Shown here: positions 19,117-27,714 of the stretch, one piece after another
Layout of the letters: each line of letters opens with the position of its first letter
Position numbering within the stretch: the stretch's first letter is position 1
IMG/VR virus record: IMGVR_UViG_3300028800_000096
Span: 907-64,906 of that record
DNA from: a virus
Taxonomy: Duplodnaviria > Caudoviricetes
Length of the DNA: 64,000 nucleotides
Reading direction: 5' to 3' (one strand)
Notes under the pieces: generated by a model
The model's database searches: none
What the model was told of the DNA's origin: nothing
Seen by the model: the letters and a program-made list of their open reading frames with translations, nothing else
Program-made: the position numbers and the translations under genes

Positions 19117-19323
19117 ATGAGCGATGACGAACTGAAACCGTTCCAGATCCGCGTTTCCGACCCCTGGATAGCCGCGGTCGACGACTGGCGCCGGAAACAA
19201 CCGCAAATTCCGTCCCGAGCCCATGCCATCCGTGAATTAGTCATCATAGGCTATGAGGCTGATAAAGCTGGATTTGTTCCTCCTGCATCTAAGCGAGGAT
19301 CAAAGAGGGGTCCGTCTACTTAG
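19117..19323 (+). CDS. Ribbon-helix-helix DNA-binding protein
   Basis: FQIRV..WIAAVDDWRRKQ..IPSRAHAIRELV signature. Confidence 0.75.
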   Translation: MSDDELKPFQIRVSDPWIAAVDDWRRKQPQIPSRAHAIRELVIIGYEADKAGFVPPASKRGSKRGPST

Positions 19324-19387
19324 TATTCCTCCAAGACGATTGATTTCCCGCTAGAGAGCGCGCCCCCGCCCTGCTCTAGTCGGGTTG

Positions 19388-19434
19388 CCCCGTCGCCGGT
19401 CTCCCTCCGCTGGGATCGGCGGCGGGGTTTTTTT
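19388..19434 (+). terminator. Intrinsic terminator, possibly bidirectional
   Basis: CCCCGTCGCCGGTC..GATCGGCGGCGGGG stem followed by T7. Confidence 0.75.
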
Positions 19435-19447
19435 CGTTACAGGTTTA

Positions 19448-19741
19448 TTATTCCGTCCTCATCGTGGACCAAACTGCGCCCACGCGCTCGGCTCGTGGAT
19501 CGTTTGTAATCTGCAAGTCGTGCCACCAAGCCCAGATAGGACGTCGCCCCTTCTCCATATTGCAGGCCCGGCAGCAAACGACGCGATTAGCCATGTTGAG
19601 ACGGCCGCCGTTTGCTTTTGTCACCACAGCATGATCGCGACTGGCTTGTCGTGACTTGTCCCCTGCGTGTGTTGGCGCCTCCATAATCACGCCGCAGTAA
19701 GGGCACGGCTGACCTACATACCTCGCCAGCTTCAGCGTCAT
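19448..19741 (-). CDS. Small HNH endonuclease
   Basis: CPYCG..SRDHAV..GG..N..CCRACNMEKG. Confidence 0.8.
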   Translation of the reverse strand: MTLKLARYVGQPCPYCGVIMEAPTHAGDKSRQASRDHAVVTKANGGRLNMANRVVCCRACNMEKGRRPIWAWWHDLQITNDPRAERVGAVWSTMRTE

Positions 19742-19823
19742 TCTTCCCCCTGTCTGTGTTCCCTTACCGTCCCCTCGCTGGTCTCCCTTTTAGCTGGGGA
19801 GGCTGGCGGGGGTGTTTTGCGTT

Positions 19824-20375
19824 CTAGTCTTTCCACGGGTCGACCGCTGCTCTTCGTCTTTCCTGCTTTCTTGCAAATGACCTGAATGTCGGCGAATCGG
19901 CACCTTCGCCTTCTGTAATGCCGTGCTCAGATAAGTATTGGACGGCTCTTAGGAGGATTTCTGGCCGGTCGGCTGCGCAGCCGAGCAATCGGTTGCACTG
20001 TCCGCAGAGAAGGCCTCTCACGGCGAGTGTCTCATGGTCATGATCGACGTAGAGATGAACATCACCTCCACACATTGCACAAACACCGCCCTGCGAACGC
20101 CACATGCGCGCATAATCCTCTGGCGTCAGGCCATACTGTTTTAAGCGACGTCGCATAACTTTTAGTTCGCTTACCGTTTTATCAGGCCATGCAGATGACC
20201 TTTCAGCACAAGCAGGTGCGTGCCTTCCCATATTCCCAGCACCCATAGAGATACCGCACGTCGGGCAGGATCTCTTGATGTGAATTGCCAATGGCGCTTT
20301 GCCATGTAATTTTTCCGCAATGCGTGTCTTGGTCTTGATCGTGTGCCTAAAACCTTTTTTCTGTCCTCGTCCCAC
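19824..20375 (-). CDS. Endonuclease VII-family (homing) endonuclease
   Basis: YGLTPEDY..QGGVCAMC..VDHDHET..VRGLLCGQCNRLLG. Confidence 0.88.
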   Translation of the reverse strand: MGRGQKKGFRHTIKTKTRIAEKLHGKAPLAIHIKRSCPTCGISMGAGNMGRHAPACAERSSAWPDKTVSELKVMRRRLKQYGLTPEDYARMWRSQGGVCAMCGGDVHLYVDHDHETLAVRGLLCGQCNRLLGCAADRPEILLRAVQYLSEHGITEGEGADSPTFRSFARKQERRRAAVDPWKD

Positions 20376-20379
20376 AGTC

Positions 20380-21726
20380 CTAATCCTTCCATGGATCTTC
20401 AGTTCTGCTTCCTGCCATCACAACAGCGAACGGGCGAAGCCTATAAAGCACTCGTGTTGATGTCGTGTGATAGGCCAGAACGTCGTCAAGACGGCGATAG
20501 GCCATCGGGCTCTCGTCTAGGTCGGCTCCAATCAAAGTCACTCCGCGCTTTTGCAGCCAATCGTTCATCTCTGACTTTGTGAAGCGACGCTTGGCTTCCT
20601 TGCGACCAAACAGGCGTCCCGCTCCGTGCACGGTTGAATATAGAGACGCCTTGGCCTCTGGGCTATCGACGCCTTCTAGGATCACTGCATCGTCGCCCAT
20701 CGAGCCGCCGACAAATCCGCGCTGTCCGGGAAATGCGGGCGTCGCGCCCTTCCGAACAACCCACAAGTCGCGGCCGTCGTGCGTCTCGCGCCACGCATAA
20801 TTATGGTGGTTGTGCACCATATCCGTCACGTTGCCGCCAATGATCTTTCGGACGCGTTCGACAACCCATTCCCTGCCTGCGTAGGAATACCGGCCGGCAA
20901 GCTGCATGGCCGCGATATAGCGACGGCCGATCTCGCTATCTTCGTCGACTACCGCAGGCGGCACGTTGATCCCGTCCTGACCGCCAGCGGCCTTCAGGTA
21001 GCGCGTTGACGAAGTATGGCCGAAGCCGCGCGAGCCGAAGTGCACGCCAATCCAGACGAACCCATCTTCGTCGCGCATCAGATCAACGTAGTGGTTGCCG
21101 CCGCCGACCGTGCCAAGCTGCCCGACTGCCTTCTGCCGATATGACTCCATATCGGATTCCTTCCAAGCTTCGGCATCGTCGAACAGTTCATGCTCAACCC
21201 GTTCTTCGTTATTGCGGCCAATACCGAACGAAACGGCTTTTGAAACGTCTCGGATGATCTCGCCTACGCGGTCTTCGATTGCTGAGAATGGCGTATCGAG
21301 GCGAACGGCCATGTTCCCGCAGCCGATGTCGAATCCGACACCGGAGATCGAGATTTGCTTCTCGTAAGCAATGACGCCGCCGACCGGCTGGGCATAACCT
21401 AGGTGGCCGTCAGCACAAATCACCCCAGCGACGGCGTTTCCGACTGCCATGCAGTTTTTCATCTGGGCAATCGTTGCGTCATCGTGCTGCCCAATGATCG
21501 TCAGAGGGCTATTCTGAAAGCGCGGCTCTTGCGGACGCAGGCTCGCAATCTCTTTGGCTGCTTCGGCAGCTTCGCGCGCCAAATGTTCCTGCCGCGCCGC
21601 GTCGCGGAACGTGCACCACACCGGCATAGGCCGCTGGCCGGGACGATCGATCTTCCCGTCCGGATCAAGTCCGGCCACAACGGCCAACTCTCGTGCACGC
21701 GCTTGGTAAGGATCTGATCGCTTCAT
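20380..21726 (-). CDS. rtcB: RtcB-family RNA ligase
   Basis: ADGHLGY.PVGG, GVGFDIGCG, QLGTVGGGNHY, HFGSRG, HNHHN, RKGATPA, GSMG, STVHGAGR and DESPMAYR motifs. Confidence 0.95.
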   Translation of the reverse strand: MKRSDPYQARARELAVVAGLDPDGKIDRPGQRPMPVWCTFRDAARQEHLAREAAEAAKEIASLRPQEPRFQNSPLTIIGQHDDATIAQMKNCMAVGNAVAGVICADGHLGYAQPVGGVIAYEKQISISGVGFDIGCGNMAVRLDTPFSAIEDRVGEIIRDVSKAVSFGIGRNNEERVEHELFDDAEAWKESDMESYRQKAVGQLGTVGGGNHYVDLMRDEDGFVWIGVHFGSRGFGHTSSTRYLKAAGGQDGINVPPAVVDEDSEIGRRYIAAMQLAGRYSYAGREWVVERVRKIIGGNVTDMVHNHHNYAWRETHDGRDLWVVRKGATPAFPGQRGFVGGSMGDDAVILEGVDSPEAKASLYSTVHGAGRLFGRKEAKRRFTKSEMNDWLQKRGVTLIGADLDESPMAYRRLDDVLAYHTTSTRVLYRLRPFAVVMAGSRTEDPWKD

Positions 21727-21789
21727 AGATTCCCCCACTTATGCCCCGCTCTCATCAATTCGTTCACGTCAGTTTATGACTCGTTCCCG

Positions 21790-21812
21790 CGCGTGAAACA
21801 TCGCGTGAAACA
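21790..21812. repeat. Direct repeat CGCGTGAAACA x2 in the attP arm (candidate Xis/Int arm sites)
   Basis: Exact 11-bp copies at 21790-21800 and 21802-21812. TT(A/T)TGCCCC motifs also occur at ~21739, ~21958 and ~21983. Confidence 0.55.
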
Positions 21813-21840
21813 ATAAAAACCAATGATTTCAATGAGAGTA

Positions 21841-21888
21841 TGGCGCACCCGACAGGATTCGAACCTGTGACCTTCGCCTTCGGAGGGC
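21841..21888 (-). other. attP core = 3' part of tRNA-Arg(CCG)
   Basis: Minus strand reads GCCCTCCGAAGGCGAAGGTCACAGGTTCGAATCCTGTCGGGTGCGCCA: anticodon CCG, T-loop GTTCGAA and a CCA end. There is no 5' half, and it lies 6 bp past the integrase stop. Confidence 0.9.
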
Positions 21889-21894
21889 CGCGTC

Positions 21895-23136
21895 TCATTG
21901 ATTTCTAGGCAGTGAGTTTTTAGCATGTTTTCCTAGCAAAAGCACGCGTTTTTTGAATTTTGCCCCACTCTGTTTCCCCCGCTTTTGCCCCATCGATCCG
22001 TCAATCTGTTCAATGAACGCATCAGCAACCTGATGCACCGCCGCGTTCGTTTCCGTCTTCGCCAAGTGACCGTAACGACGCGACAGCATTTCGATGGTAT
22101 CCCACCCGTACATCTTCTGAACGTGGAGCAGGCTGTAGCCTGCGAGCAGGGCGCGCGTCGCCGCCGAGTGCCGGCCAATGGCGTGCGTTCCGAAGTAGGG
22201 CACCGTTCCGTGCTCCCGGATGTAGTCGCGGGCTTTGGCTTCGTCGATCTGCGGCGGCCGTCCTTTGACCTTGCGTTGAAAGTCCTTCGGGTCGAAGCCG
22301 TTCGCCTTGAGCACGGCGATCAGAATATCTTTCCGCACGTTGTTGCCCGAGTTCGGACCATCCCGAAATAGCCATCGCCGTTTGCTCCAGTCCGGCATCA
22401 GCTTGATGGCTTCGACGACAGTCGGATGCAGGTCGATGAACAGTGGCTTCCCTGTTTTGGTTTTGCCGATCATCAGGGTTCCGGCCTTTGGGTCGAAGTC
22501 ATCCGGAGAGCGACCAAGCGCATCGCCCAAGCGGCGTCCGTGGATGGTGAGAAAGTAGACCAGAGCCCGCGTGTCGATCCCCATATGCTGTCCGACGATG
22601 CGAAACCATTCCTGGTCTGGGATCTGGATCTCGGGCGAATCCTTATGGCCTTCCGGCCGGGTCAACTGAGGCGTCGCTTCCTTGAGCGCCATCTTCAGGA
22701 TCGCATGTACGGGCGTATAGAGGTGTCGATTAATATAGGACGGTTTTGCGTCTGGTTTGAAGATCGCTTGCTTCGCCGCGAGCATCACGCTGTCGTCAAT
22801 CTCGATGCACTGGCGAACGCCGAGTTCGTGAAGGATCTGTTCACCGAGCATCGGCACTTCTTTGCCGACGCCGATATAATTGTTGTACGCCTTGGCGAAC
22901 GTCAGGGAGACGTTCTGTGCGCTATCTTCAAAAGCTTGGTTGAGTTTATCGACTTCGGCTTGCCTTTCCTTAGCCGTGTGGCCTCCAAGGCTGCGCTCAA
23001 TTCGTCTTCGGGCGAAAGTGCCGTCTCGTCTTCGAACTGGAATGAAGCCTCGCGCCACCCAGTACGTTTCGAAGGTGCCTTCCTTCGTTTTCTTGCGCCG
23101 CTTAATTGGTTTAAGCTTGGAACGGTAGCCTTGCAT
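21895..23136 (-). CDS. int: Tyrosine recombinase (integrase)
   Basis: HGRRLGD (R), KTKTG (K), HAIGRHS (HxxR-like), YGW..MLSRRYGH (W, Y); adjacent to the att core. Confidence 0.92.
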   Translation of the reverse strand: MQGYRSKLKPIKRRKKTKEGTFETYWVARGFIPVRRRDGTFARRRIERSLGGHTAKERQAEVDKLNQAFEDSAQNVSLTFAKAYNNYIGVGKEVPMLGEQILHELGVRQCIEIDDSVMLAAKQAIFKPDAKPSYINRHLYTPVHAILKMALKEATPQLTRPEGHKDSPEIQIPDQEWFRIVGQHMGIDTRALVYFLTIHGRRLGDALGRSPDDFDPKAGTLMIGKTKTGKPLFIDLHPTVVEAIKLMPDWSKRRWLFRDGPNSGNNVRKDILIAVLKANGFDPKDFQRKVKGRPPQIDEAKARDYIREHGTVPYFGTHAIGRHSAATRALLAGYSLLHVQKMYGWDTIEMLSRRYGHLAKTETNAAVHQVADAFIEQIDGSMGQKRGKQSGAKFKKRVLLLGKHAKNSLPRNQ

Positions 23137-23309
23137 AGGTGCGCCTTGAATTTGTCGATCAGAGCATCAGTCGTGTAACACTCTCGGCCGTCATAGACGA
23201 CGCATTGAACGGCCGCCATTCTCTCACGCAGGGTACGCACACGCGGGCGGCGGTCTGGCGGATAGATCGCCTCCGCTGCTTCCTCGAATGTACGAAACAA
23301 GGCCATCAA
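22902..23309 (-). CDS. Excisionase-like protein overlapping int
   Basis: TFEEAAEAI..VRTLRE winged-helix start; overlaps the int 5' end. Confidence 0.55.
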   Translation of the reverse strand: MMALFRTFEEAAEAIYPPDRRPRVRTLRERMAAVQCVVYDGRECYTTDALIDKFKAHLCKATVPSLNQLSGARKRRKAPSKRTGWREASFQFEDETALSPEDELSAALEATRLRKGKPKSINSTKLLKIAHRTSP

Positions 23310-23317
23310 TCCCTCTC

Positions 23318-23767
23318 CTAGAGGCTGGGGTCGGAAGATTTAAGTGGTTGGGATTTCAAGCTCACAGCGTCGCTCCCGGCCTCGTTCGAGATAGTCAACT
23401 TGCCAGTCGGTAGCGCAGCGAGAGCTTCGTCGATTGCTCCATTCAACGCTTCAGCGCACGTCGCAGGCTGGCAAAGATCACAATGAAAGCCGCCATCGAA
23501 TAATTTGTCATCGAGCAGAATGGCATCCGGACCGGCACTGTCTGGACCAATAGAAGCGTGTGTCCATGGCCTATTGATCGGTCCGATGGAAGCGTCCGCA
23601 GAGACATGACAAGACCCAACGCTCCACCACCAGCCCGGCAGCTCTTTTTCCAGTCGCTGGATTGCATCCAACAGCGCCATTAAATTCTCAGACCCCTCTG
23701 GCTGCCACTCAGGAACAGAGTTGACTTTCTCGAACAGCGCAGGTCCGCTGGCGTCCGCTTGAACCAT
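23318..23767 (-). CDS. Hypothetical protein
   Basis: 149-aa ORF in the early-left operon with an LPGWWWSVGSC motif. Confidence 0.6.
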   Translation of the reverse strand: MVQADASGPALFEKVNSVPEWQPEGSENLMALLDAIQRLEKELPGWWWSVGSCHVSADASIGPINRPWTHASIGPDSAGPDAILLDDKLFDGGFHCDLCQPATCAEALNGAIDEALAALPTGKLTISNEAGSDAVSLKSQPLKSSDPSL

Positions 23768-23789
23768 CTACTTCACTTCCTTTCCCGCT

Positions 23790-24077
23790 TTAGCGACTGC
23801 TTCTGATAAAGAGCGGAGATCGCTTTTCGTCAGAGTATCGTCCGTCATCGGAAAGCATCCAATCGTCGGCAAGACCATCCATTAGACCGTTTGCTATCAC
23901 GAACGGCTCTGCTTTATCTACCAGTAGAGCTAGGAGTTGTTTGAGGGTGGATATTTCAGCACGGCACAAGCGCAAATCATCAAGATCAATATTCGGCACA
24001 AAGACGCCCGCAATATCGCTGTCGCCGTTCTCTCCGTCTGCTATGGCGGCATCTAACTTTGCAATCACTTCGCTCAT
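23790..24077 (-). CDS. Hypothetical protein
   Basis: GGAGG RBS before ATG 24077. Confidence 0.5.
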   Translation of the reverse strand: MSEVIAKLDAAIADGENGDSDIAGVFVPNIDLDDLRLCRAEISTLKQLLALLVDKAEPFVIANGLMDGLADDWMLSDDGRYSDEKRSPLFIRSSR

Positions 24078-24210
24078 GTCCGACCTCCAGTCGTCCGAAA
24101 CCATCGTCGCTCCATCTGACGGCGCAGGATGCGTTGATAGGCGCGCGAAATGCGCTCCTCTTCGGTCATGTAACCGTTGGCTACACGCCAACTGTCGAGT
24201 TCATCGTCGC

Positions 24211-24633
24211 TCATGTGCCGCTCCTATTAAGAAGGCCGCGTGCGAAATCGCTGATCTTTATCGGGACCGCCGTCCACTTATCAACAGACGGGGCGAAGGT
24301 TTCCGGGGTTGCCAAAATCTCCAAGCCTCGTTCGAGTTCAGCAATGCGCGCCCTCGCTTCTTCGAGTTGAGACGTAAGGCTGGCGATCTCATCGGCCATT
24401 GCGTCAGGCGTGTCGCATCCGGCGATTATTCCAACGCGAAGCCCTGCATCACGCAGCCGTTCGTCATCCGCACGAATTGCACCGCGCAACGTCTCTATCT
24501 CTCTCTGCTGGCTCTCGATGAGGTCGGCGGCTTCGTCAGAAACTTCCGATGCGTTCGGGCCTCCAAGCCGGAGACGCGAGACAAGTTCCTCGATTGCCGA
24601 TCGTTCTCTCTGCTCTATTGCTGTGTCAGACAT
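24211..24633 (-). CDS. Coiled-coil hypothetical protein
   Basis: LVSRLR..EAADLIE motif common in phage early accessory genes. Confidence 0.6.
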   Translation of the reverse strand: MSDTAIEQRERSAIEELVSRLRLGGPNASEVSDEAADLIESQQREIETLRGAIRADDERLRDAGLRVGIIAGCDTPDAMADEIASLTSQLEEARARIAELERGLEILATPETFAPSVDKWTAVPIKISDFARGLLNRSGT

Positions 24634-24990
24634 GGCTGCGAAATTTCCTAGTTTGCTGGTCCATCGATATTCTCGACGGTTTCATGCGGTTGACGCAGAG
24701 CGAAGGCACGGAGCTTGTCGCGCGCCATCATGCGGATGTCTGTCGGGAGTTTTTCGCCGCAAGCGATGGTCATGTAGAAATCAACGATCTTGTCTCCCGT
24801 GTCCGTCCTCACGTTGGTTCTCCTGAAACTAGGGCTATGGTGATGTTTGCTGACGTAAAAAATTCTCCGACCACCCATTCGCCCGGAAGAGCTTCATCAA
24901 GAACATCACATGCGCTGTCGGCCTCGACGTCCGTTGATGAGACGTTCACCTGTTGACCCGGCCCGTACCACTGCGCTCGCACGCGGAATT

Positions 24991-25467
24991 TCATCCCACA
25001 GCCTCCTTAGCTTCTAGCTGCACGATTGCAGCGGATATGATCGCGTCGATGAATGTCAGACAGTCGTTGGCGAGACGGTTGGCGCCGTCCACCATGCTCC
25101 TGCCTTGGGCGCCTAATCGATTTCGTCCGCGCCAAATCCAAAAATCACCATGCCGATCACGGTTCCACTCGCACCCCGGCAGCACTTCACTGAGCAGAGA
25201 TACGCAAGCATCAAGCGAGGCGGTGTAGCGAGGCACTCCGGGCTTGCTATCGGCTTCGCGGAATTTCCGGGGTGATCCAGGAGCCAGCAATCCAACAACG
25301 TATTCGTCGTGTGGAGGTTTCGGGTTCCGCGCAAGAATGAAATCCTGATGCTCGCGGACCGCCCGCCCGTCCCGAACAACCGCGCGGAGCAAGCAATCAA
25401 GCTCTCTATCCGGTCCCGTTGCCTCACGGATGCGCTGCCGTAGAGATTTGAGAGTGGTGATGTTCAT
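24991..25467 (-). CDS. Hypothetical protein
   Basis: ATGPDRELD..PRYTASLDA..LPG motif of a phage accessory family. Confidence 0.65.
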   Translation of the reverse strand: MNITTLKSLRQRIREATGPDRELDCLLRAVVRDGRAVREHQDFILARNPKPPHDEYVVGLLAPGSPRKFREADSKPGVPRYTASLDACVSLLSEVLPGCEWNRDRHGDFWIWRGRNRLGAQGRSMVDGANRLANDCLTFIDAIISAAIVQLEAKEAVG

Positions 25468-25811
25468 GTCCCGACCTTTTCGCCATCATCCCAGACAAAC
25501 TCACCGTCCTCGCCGATGGGGAAATGTGAGCCGCAGCCGCAACAGAACGTGCCGCTGTAGAAGTACGGGTCTCGGGCGTAAGTCTCAGCAAGCGCCTGCC
25601 CCATCGTTGTGGCAACGCCGCACTTCTGATGCACGTAGGTGCGTCGCACGGGCCGCACGAAGCCCTTGGCGCGTTCCTCGGCGGAGAGAACCACGTAATC
25701 CTTTTGTTGGCCGTTCGGCTTCAATTCGGTGTGGCTATTATCAGCGGGCACAGGCGAGCCGCTTATCAGCACGCGGGCATTACGATCGACGGGATGGGCT
25801 TCGTTCGTCAT
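25464..25811 (-). CDS. Zn-binding hypothetical protein
   Basis: H..CG..T.M..AETYARDP.FY..TFCCGC. Confidence 0.7.
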   Translation of the reverse strand: MTNEAHPVDRNARVLISGSPVPADNSHTELKPNGQQKDYVVLSAEERAKGFVRPVRRTYVHQKCGVATTMGQALAETYARDPYFYSGTFCCGCGSHFPIGEDGEFVWDDGEKVGT

Positions 25812-26026
25812 CTGCGTTTCTCCTGAACAACGAAGTGGAAAATTCGGGTGTCAGGATCGAGCGAAAACGCGAGATTAAATTTGCCGGTCCCATCGACTTC
25901 GGACACCGGAATATCGGCGGCGCCTCCGAGACGATTTAAGAGCACAATCAGCAATTGGCTTTTCATGGCCTCGATAGCCTGCTGGTGATCGTATGAAAGA
26001 TCGTTGAGGCTGAATGCTGTCATCAC
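25808..26026 (-). CDS. Small hypothetical protein
   Basis: Start/stop-coupled ORF. Confidence 0.55.
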   Translation of the reverse strand: MMTAFSLNDLSYDHQQAIEAMKSQLLIVLLNRLGGAADIPVSEVDGTGKFNLAFSLDPDTRIFHFVVQEKRR

Positions 26027-26220
26027 CCCTCCTGCTGTGATTGGGATTTGGCGCGGCCAATGCAGTAGTGCTCGGCAAATTCTTCAAGTGTGTGCTCGCC
26101 GTTCACGAGGCCAACGATGTGATCGTGCAGTTCTTCGAGGCAAAACGCGTAGTATTTGCGCTCGCGTGAGTTCAGCGCCGCAGAGACGTTTGCCAATAAG
26201 CCGCTAAGGCTAACTTTCAT
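26023..26220 (-). CDS. Small hypothetical protein
   Basis: Start/stop-coupled ORF. Confidence 0.55.
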   Translation of the reverse strand: MKVSLSGLLANVSAALNSRERKYYAFCLEELHDHIVGLVNGEHTLEEFAEHYCIGRAKSQSQQEG

Positions 26221-26492
26221 CGCGTATCAGCCTTCTGTAAAGCGGCGCGGTCGCCAGTGATCTTATAAAGCGCCGAGAGACAGGCGGTGATGTCGTCCCT
26301 AACGCTTTGGTCCCATTCGGACCATGCGTTTTCCGCGCTCCATTCGATCTTCACGACGTCGATAATTTGGCAGACATTCGTCAGTGTGCGCTGGCAGGCA
26401 ATAATGGCCGCAATCATCTTTGCGCGCTCTGCGAGGCTTTCGATAACGGCTTGATTGTAGCCTTCGTCTCGTTCTGATGGCGTCAGCGTCAT
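26217..26492 (-). CDS. Small hypothetical protein
   Basis: GGAGG RBS; coupled ORF. Confidence 0.55.
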   Translation of the reverse strand: MTLTPSERDEGYNQAVIESLAERAKMIAAIIACQRTLTNVCQIIDVVKIEWSAENAWSEWDQSVRDDITACLSALYKITGDRAALQKADTR

Positions 26493-26740
26493 TGTCCCCC
26501 CTCCTGCTCTGATTGGGATTTGGCGCGGGACGTCAGGATGTAGTCGCCAGTCACATCCAATGTGACGTTCAATTTTTCTCGTTTGGCCATCGCTTCGACA
26601 TCGACCCAGCAAAGGCATCCACGGTCGTCTCCCCTTGCGCCGTTTGGAGTGTCTGGCAGATAGATGATATCGCCGAGGCGAGCCTTAAGATCGCCCTGCC
26701 GTTCAAGACGTGAGGCACCAATTATGATCGACACGCACAT
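26489..26740 (-). CDS. Small hypothetical protein
   Basis: Coupled ORF. Confidence 0.5.
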   Translation of the reverse strand: MCVSIIIGASRLERQGDLKARLGDIIYLPDTPNGARGDDRGCLCWVDVEAMAKREKLNVTLDVTGDYILTSRAKSQSEQEGGQ

Positions 26741-26746
26741 CGCCTA

Positions 26747-27121
26747 TCAGCCTTCTGTAAGAGCGGCGCGGAACTCGTTCCACATGATCCGGTAGCCTTT
26801 GAACGGCAGCGAGCCGTATTGATTCCGAAACCAGTCGCGCATGGCCGCGAGGCTTTCAAAGCCGTCGATTTTCGCGATGTGGGCAGCGTCGCCGGAAGGT
26901 AGCCGAAAACACCCGACAGCAATGTAATCCTCGGCAATTGTAATCGGCTCGCAGATCGCGCATGTCGCCGTTCCGATTAGCTCGCAAGCGTTGGTCCTCT
27001 GTCCGGTGTAAAGCTGCATCTCGTCGCCTGTCTTGCAGCGTTCTGTGGAGCGGATCGTCTGCGTCTTCCGGCCGGCGCGAATATCGGACGCGAATTGCTT
27101 CTGAAAATTGATCGCGACCAT
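26747..27121 (-). CDS. ASCH/PUA-like domain protein
   Basis: INFQKQF..IRAGRKTQTIR..GD..QLYTGQR..A.IDGF motifs. Confidence 0.8.
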   Translation of the reverse strand: MVAINFQKQFASDIRAGRKTQTIRSTERCKTGDEMQLYTGQRTNACELIGTATCAICEPITIAEDYIAVGCFRLPSGDAAHIAKIDGFESLAAMRDWFRNQYGSLPFKGYRIMWNEFRAALTEG

Positions 27122-27514
27122 CTATCGTTCCTCCTGTGCATCTGATAGAGCGGCGCGGACTTGAAGGCTGATGAATTGCTGAACAGCCTCGGAGATAATG
27201 CTCGAAATAACAGGTCCGAGTTCGGTGAGGCGCTCAAGATCGTCATGGTCGGCGGCCGACGTCGCAGCACAAGCGACGGCAAAACCCGCCGCGCGAGACA
27301 TTTCCATGATCGTGTCAGCGTAGGCCGCGCCCGCCTCCGTCGATTGCCGCGCGCCCTCAATTGCCGCGACGGTGAAAAGCCGAATGAAGCGCGTCAGTTC
27401 GCGGTGATGTTCATTGGACGACTTGAGATACTGGCGTGTTGCGTCCTCAAGACCTTCCCAGCCGTCCCCGCGCTGCCCGTCTCCGATCAATTGTGCAAGC
27501 GTTGGAATTGTCAT
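27122..27514 (-). CDS. Hypothetical protein
   Basis: 130-aa ORF in the operon. Confidence 0.55.
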   Translation of the reverse strand: MTIPTLAQLIGDGQRGDGWEGLEDATRQYLKSSNEHHRELTRFIRLFTVAAIEGARQSTEAGAAYADTIMEMSRAAGFAVACAATSAADHDDLERLTELGPVISSIISEAVQQFISLQVRAALSDAQEER

Positions 27515-27714
27515 CGTTCCCCCTGTGCATCAGACCGGCGTTGTACTTCTCCGCGCCACAGCAACCCGACTAACTCGAATGGACCTACGAAGCGGGCATC
27601 GCCGAACATACAGTTACGCAGCATTGCGATAGCGAAAGCGATGAGCCAAATGCCGACGCCGATTTGCGCAATCGCCGTCAACAGGTCAAAGATGATGAAA
27701 AGCCAATCTGTCAT
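27511..27714 (-). CDS. Small membrane protein
   Basis: Hydrophobic N-terminus; coupled ORF. Confidence 0.5.
   Translation of the reverse strand: MTDWLFIIFDLLTAIAQIGVGIWLIAFAIAMLRNCMFGDARFVGPFELVGLLWRGEVQRRSDAQGER

Noticed and set aside
21841-21888. Complete tRNA gene
   Set aside because: Only the anticodon arm to the CCA end is present; the D-arm and 5' acceptor strand are missing, so it is an att core.
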